DNA of 64,000 bases from Camelus dromedarius (taxonomy: Eukaryota): the NCBI RefSeq assembly GCF_036321535.1, contig NC_087436.1, positions 91,824,001 to 91,888,000 on the forward strand. The letters run 5' to 3'. Both the position numbers and the translations under genes were made by a program. The notes under the pieces are model-generated. The model did no database searches and was not told the origin of the DNA. It worked only from the letters and a program-made list of their open reading frames with translations. Shown here piece by piece: positions 60,387 through 64,000 of this stretch; the stretch's first letter is position 1, and each line of letters starts with the position of its first letter.

Positions 60387-61227
60387 TTTTGAGACACAAT
60401 TTTATTTAATTTATTTCTGTTTTTACCTTTTTATTAGAGTATACTCAGTTTACAATGTTATGTTAACCTCTGGTGTACAACATAGTGATTCAGTTATGAA
60501 TACATGTATTCCTTTTTATATTCTTTTTCATTACAGGCTATTACAAGATATTGAATACAATTCCCTGGGCTATAGAGTAGGACCTTGTTGTTTATCTGTT
60601 TTATGTATTGTGGTTTGTATCTACAGACCCCAAACTCGCAACTTATCCCTCCACCCCCATTCACCCCAGGTAACCATAAGTTTGTTTTCTATGTCTGTGA
60701 GTCTGTTTCTGTTTTGTAAATAAGTTCATTTGTGTCACTTTTCTGGATTCCTCATATAAGTGATATCATATGGTATTTTTCTTTCTCTTTCTTGCCTACT
60801 TCACTTAATACGATACTTTTTAGGTCCACCCATGTTGCTGCAAATGGCATTATTTTATTATTTTATGGCTGAGTAGTATTCCATTGTATATCTATACCAC
60901 ATCTTCTTTATCCAATCATCTGTTGATGGACATTTAGGTTGTTTCAATGTCTTGGCTACTGTATATAGTGCTGCTGTGAACATTGGGGTGCATGTTATCT
61001 TTTCCAATTAGAGTCCCCTCTGGAAATATGCCCAGGAGTGGGATTGCTGGATCATATGGTAAGTCTATTTATAGTTTTTTAAGGAACTGCCATACTGTTT
61101 TTCATAATGGCTGCACCAAACTACATTTCCACCAATAGTGTAGGAGCGTTCCACTTTCTCCTCACTCTCTTCAACATTTATCATTCATGGACTTTTGAAT
61201 GATGGCTATTCTGACTAGTGTGAGGTA
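60387..61227 (-). mobile_element. Lineage-specific L1 3' end (about 840 bp) with 12-bp TSD, inserted in a MIR
   Basis: ATAAGAATTTTG at 60375-60386 and 61228-61239 brackets an antisense L1 3' UTR/ORF2 end. MIR-like sequence continues at 61240-61325. Confidence 0.9.
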
Positions 61228-61336
61228 ATAAGAATTTTGAATCACTCAACTTGAGTTAAAATTCCCATCTAGCCACATACTAACTGTGTCAGCGTGGACC
61301 ACCCACTTTGCCTTTTAGGATGTCAGTCATATAGAG

Positions 61337-61638
61337 TAGGAGTCGGTCAACTTTTTCTCTGAAGGGCTAGATAGGGAATATTTTAGGGTCTGTGGGCCAA
61401 GAGGCAAATCTGAGGATATTATGCAAATACTTATTAAAGAAGAGAGAGAAAAAACATAAGTAGTTTGTTAATAAAATTCAAATGAATCATGAAAACTGAA
61501 GTCTAAATATGTGTCACAAAATATTGTTATTCTACAGAATTTTTTTCCAGCAATTTGAAAATCATTTTTATCTCATGAAATGTACAAAAATGGTTGGCAG
61601 GCTGGATCTGGCACCTGTGCTATAGTTGGCCGACCTCT
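61337..61638. mobile_element. MER58-like hAT (Charlie) MITE
   Basis: TIR-like ends 'taggagtcggtcaact' and 'agttggccgacctct'. Internal 'aagggctagatagggaatattttaggg...ggcaggctggatctggc'. Confidence 0.7.
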
Positions 61639-63154
61639 CAGCATATCCTGACTCATGAAAAATTAGCAGCAACTGTTACTAATCATTGCTGTTACTATTT
61701 AATAATTTATTATTTAAAACTGATTAAGAAAATATTATTATTATACACGGAAGTTCTACTGATCTGTCAAGTCCCAGATAGCATCACACCTCTTCATTTG
61801 AACACTACCCAAAACTCTGAACCAAACACAAACATATAAAGCATTGTAGTATAAGTATAAAACAGCTTGGCATTTATTTCTTCCATAATCACTCATGAAA
61901 ATCAAGTATGCATCAAGTATCAGATACTGGAGATAAAAACATCGGTAAGTCCATGTCTCGGTCTTGGAATTGATTACAGACCAGGAGTAAGATAGACACA
62001 TAAAGACACAGGATAACTGGAAGTGACAAAGTATCAATAGCCCAACTGGAGGCTTAAGAAGGAACCCTGGGGAAGCATAAGCCACCAAGAATTTCTTCTC
62101 CTACACAAATACATGAATTTTCAGACCAAAACCTGATGTGAAGACCAATTAAGCTCCATCAGTAGAATTTTAGATTTGAGACAGATATTTGAAAAGCAAG
62201 ATTGAAAAAACATGTCTTCTTATTCTCAACCCATATTAAAGCAACAAGAGATTTCAGGCAGAAGATCAGCCTTGGAGATCGAGACAGACAATCTTCCCCA
62301 CTCACAGAAAGGAAAGAGAGAAGATAAGTACTGAAAGAGAACTAATTTTAAGGCTGCAAATCGGGAAATCAAGGTTATTGGGGTTGGACTGTTCTCAGGG
62401 AAGAGTAATAAGTGAAATAAAAATGCTTAAGCTAGACTCCTGTGGTGTGTATGCTACCCAAGAAAGACACATCTCATCACTGACTGCAGTGCGTAGGCTG
62501 AAGAGCCACAAAGTTGTTGAAACTACATGTTGAGTTGGGTAACTTTATCTCTGGCAGATGATAGAGGCTGGGGCACTGGGAAGCAGAGGACAGCAGCGGA
62601 GAAGATCGAAGAAAGGAGCTCGAGGTTTGGAGGACTGTTGATGTCAACATGGCTAAGCAGGGTGTCCTATTCCCATAGGATGGCAAGTGAAAGCCAGACA
62701 CAGACAATGAACTGGAACAGGGATCACAACTTAAATGCCTTCTGAGTCAGGGAGATGGAATAAACGAGCAATGAGAAATGAAAAGAAACAGAAGCAGACT
62801 GGCCAATGGTAACCGTAGAGGGGTAGGCTGTGGCTAAACGAGGAAAGAAAGAAAGGAGGAAAGACATAAGGAAAGAAGGGATGGGGGAGGGAGGAAGGAA
62901 GAAAGGATAGAAGAATAAATAGAGCTTAGAGCTTGTCTACTAAACAAAACACCTAGATTTTGTCCTGACTTAGTTTTGATACATGGACTGGAAAAAAAAA
63001 AAAAAAAAAAAAAAAGAGAGAGAACCTAAGAGATTGGAGGTTATCCAGAAGGAAAATAGCATGTTTATTAAAAGGATGTGGATTGAAAGTTTAGAAGGAC
63101 AAGAAGTATCCAGGAAAAAAAAGCATATATATATATATACACACACATAGATAC

Positions 63155-63355
63155 ATATTCTTTATTGCTTATCTGAAATTCACATTTAAGTGAGTGTTCA
63201 TTTTTTGTGTGCTTTGTACATTAACTCTTTTTTTTTAATTGAAGTACAGTCAATTACAATGTGTTGATCTCCGGTGTACAGCACAATGTCCCAGTCATGC
63301 TTATACATATATATATTCGTATTCATAGTGTTCTGTATTTCATCTGGCAAGTCTA
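63155..63355. mobile_element. MER53-like MITE half, interrupted by a short L1 (63200-63326, minus strand)
   Basis: 'gcttatctgaaattcacatttaagtgagtgttc | tgtatttcatctggcaagtcta' is MER53-like once the insert is removed. TSD AGTGTTC at 63193-63199 and 63327-63333. Confidence 0.75.
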
Positions 63356-63359
63356 AAAG

Positions 63360-63820
63360 GATTGCATGGCAAAGCTAAAAGGATTTTGCATACATAATTA
63401 AGATTTCTAATCAGTTAACTTTAAGTTAATCAAAAGGAGATAACCCTGAGTGGGTCTCACTTGTTAAAGTGAGACCTATAAAGAAGGTGAAGTACCAGAG
63501 ATTCTCCTGCTGGCCTCCATGGAGAAGCAAACAACCGTGTTGTCAACTTTCTAGGGAAGGGGCAGCCTCTGGGATCTGAGGAGCTCAGTCATCCCATGGC
63601 AAGGAACTGATTTCTGCCAACAACCACATGAACTTGGAAGAAAATTCAAGTTTCAGATGAGACTGCAGCTCTGATTGACACCCTGTTTGTAGCCTTGTGA
63701 GACCTGGAGCAGAGAACTCAGCTAAGTGATACCCAGACGCCTAACCTCTGAAAATGGTGAATTATATTTTTAAGCCACTAAGCTTGTAGTGATTTGTTGT
63801 GACAACAGAAAATTAATACA
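63360..63820 (+). mobile_element. MaLR LTR, MLT1E-like
   Basis: 'ggattttgca...aatcagttaactttaagttaatcaaaaggaga...gcaaggaactgatttctgccaacaacc...cagatgagactgcagc...agccttgtgagacc...ttttaagccactaag...aaaattaataca'. Confidence 0.8.
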
Positions 63821-64000
63821 GAGTTATCTCAGATTTCTTAGCGAATTTAGAAATCAAGAACTTGAGTTTTGAGTCTGAGACTGACTGCCACTTTCCAGAT
63901 GAACTGGGTTAAGAGGATGCTGTTATACCTGTGATTGGGCTAGGTCTAACTTCAGTCTAAGTTCTTCCATTTCTAAAGAGTGAGGACCTCATGCCACAAA

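Noticed and set aside
1..64000. ORF-track entries as real genes
   Set aside because: All are under 140 aa, many start at non-ATG codons and many overlap repeats. None resembles a cellular protein I recognise. Only ERV-L and L1 remnants show real protein motifs.

Overview
This window is AT-rich, CpG-depleted eutherian mammal genomic DNA, intronic or intergenic, not prokaryotic. It is probably from a camelid: it carries a Vic-1-like tRNA-derived SINE at 59449-59582 and several closely related L1 3' ends. No intact protein-coding gene, rRNA, true tRNA or CRISPR array can be supported, and almost all ORFs in the track are chance ORFs or repeat read-through. The recognisable content is layered transposon debris. 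It includes MIR and L2, hAT MITEs (MER5, MER20, MER53, MER58-like) and MaLR LTRs (MLT1). It also includes two decayed, internally deleted ERV-L proviruses with readable gag, pro, RNase H and integrase motifs (about 22.95-25.1 kb and 51.3-53.7 kb), plus many L1 3' fragments. The most notable observations are: (i) a dense cluster of four solo LTRs at 10.4-13.2 kb, including an inverted pair of MER41-like LTRs that both carry TTCCTGGGAA (STAT-type, N4 spacing) and a nested LTR with a perfect TSD; (ii) L1 insertions showing a twin-priming 5' inversion and short 3' transductions; (iii) a perfect 3x37 bp expansion in an old MLT1 LTR, a 3x~197 bp MIR-derived array and a palindromic (TA)n/TCTATC array; (iv) candidate enhancer motifs and splice-site-flanked candidate exons, which are inference only. 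Repeat family names come from recalled consensus sequences, not a database search, and boundaries without a stated TSD are approximate. I see no evidence for a wholly new biological system.
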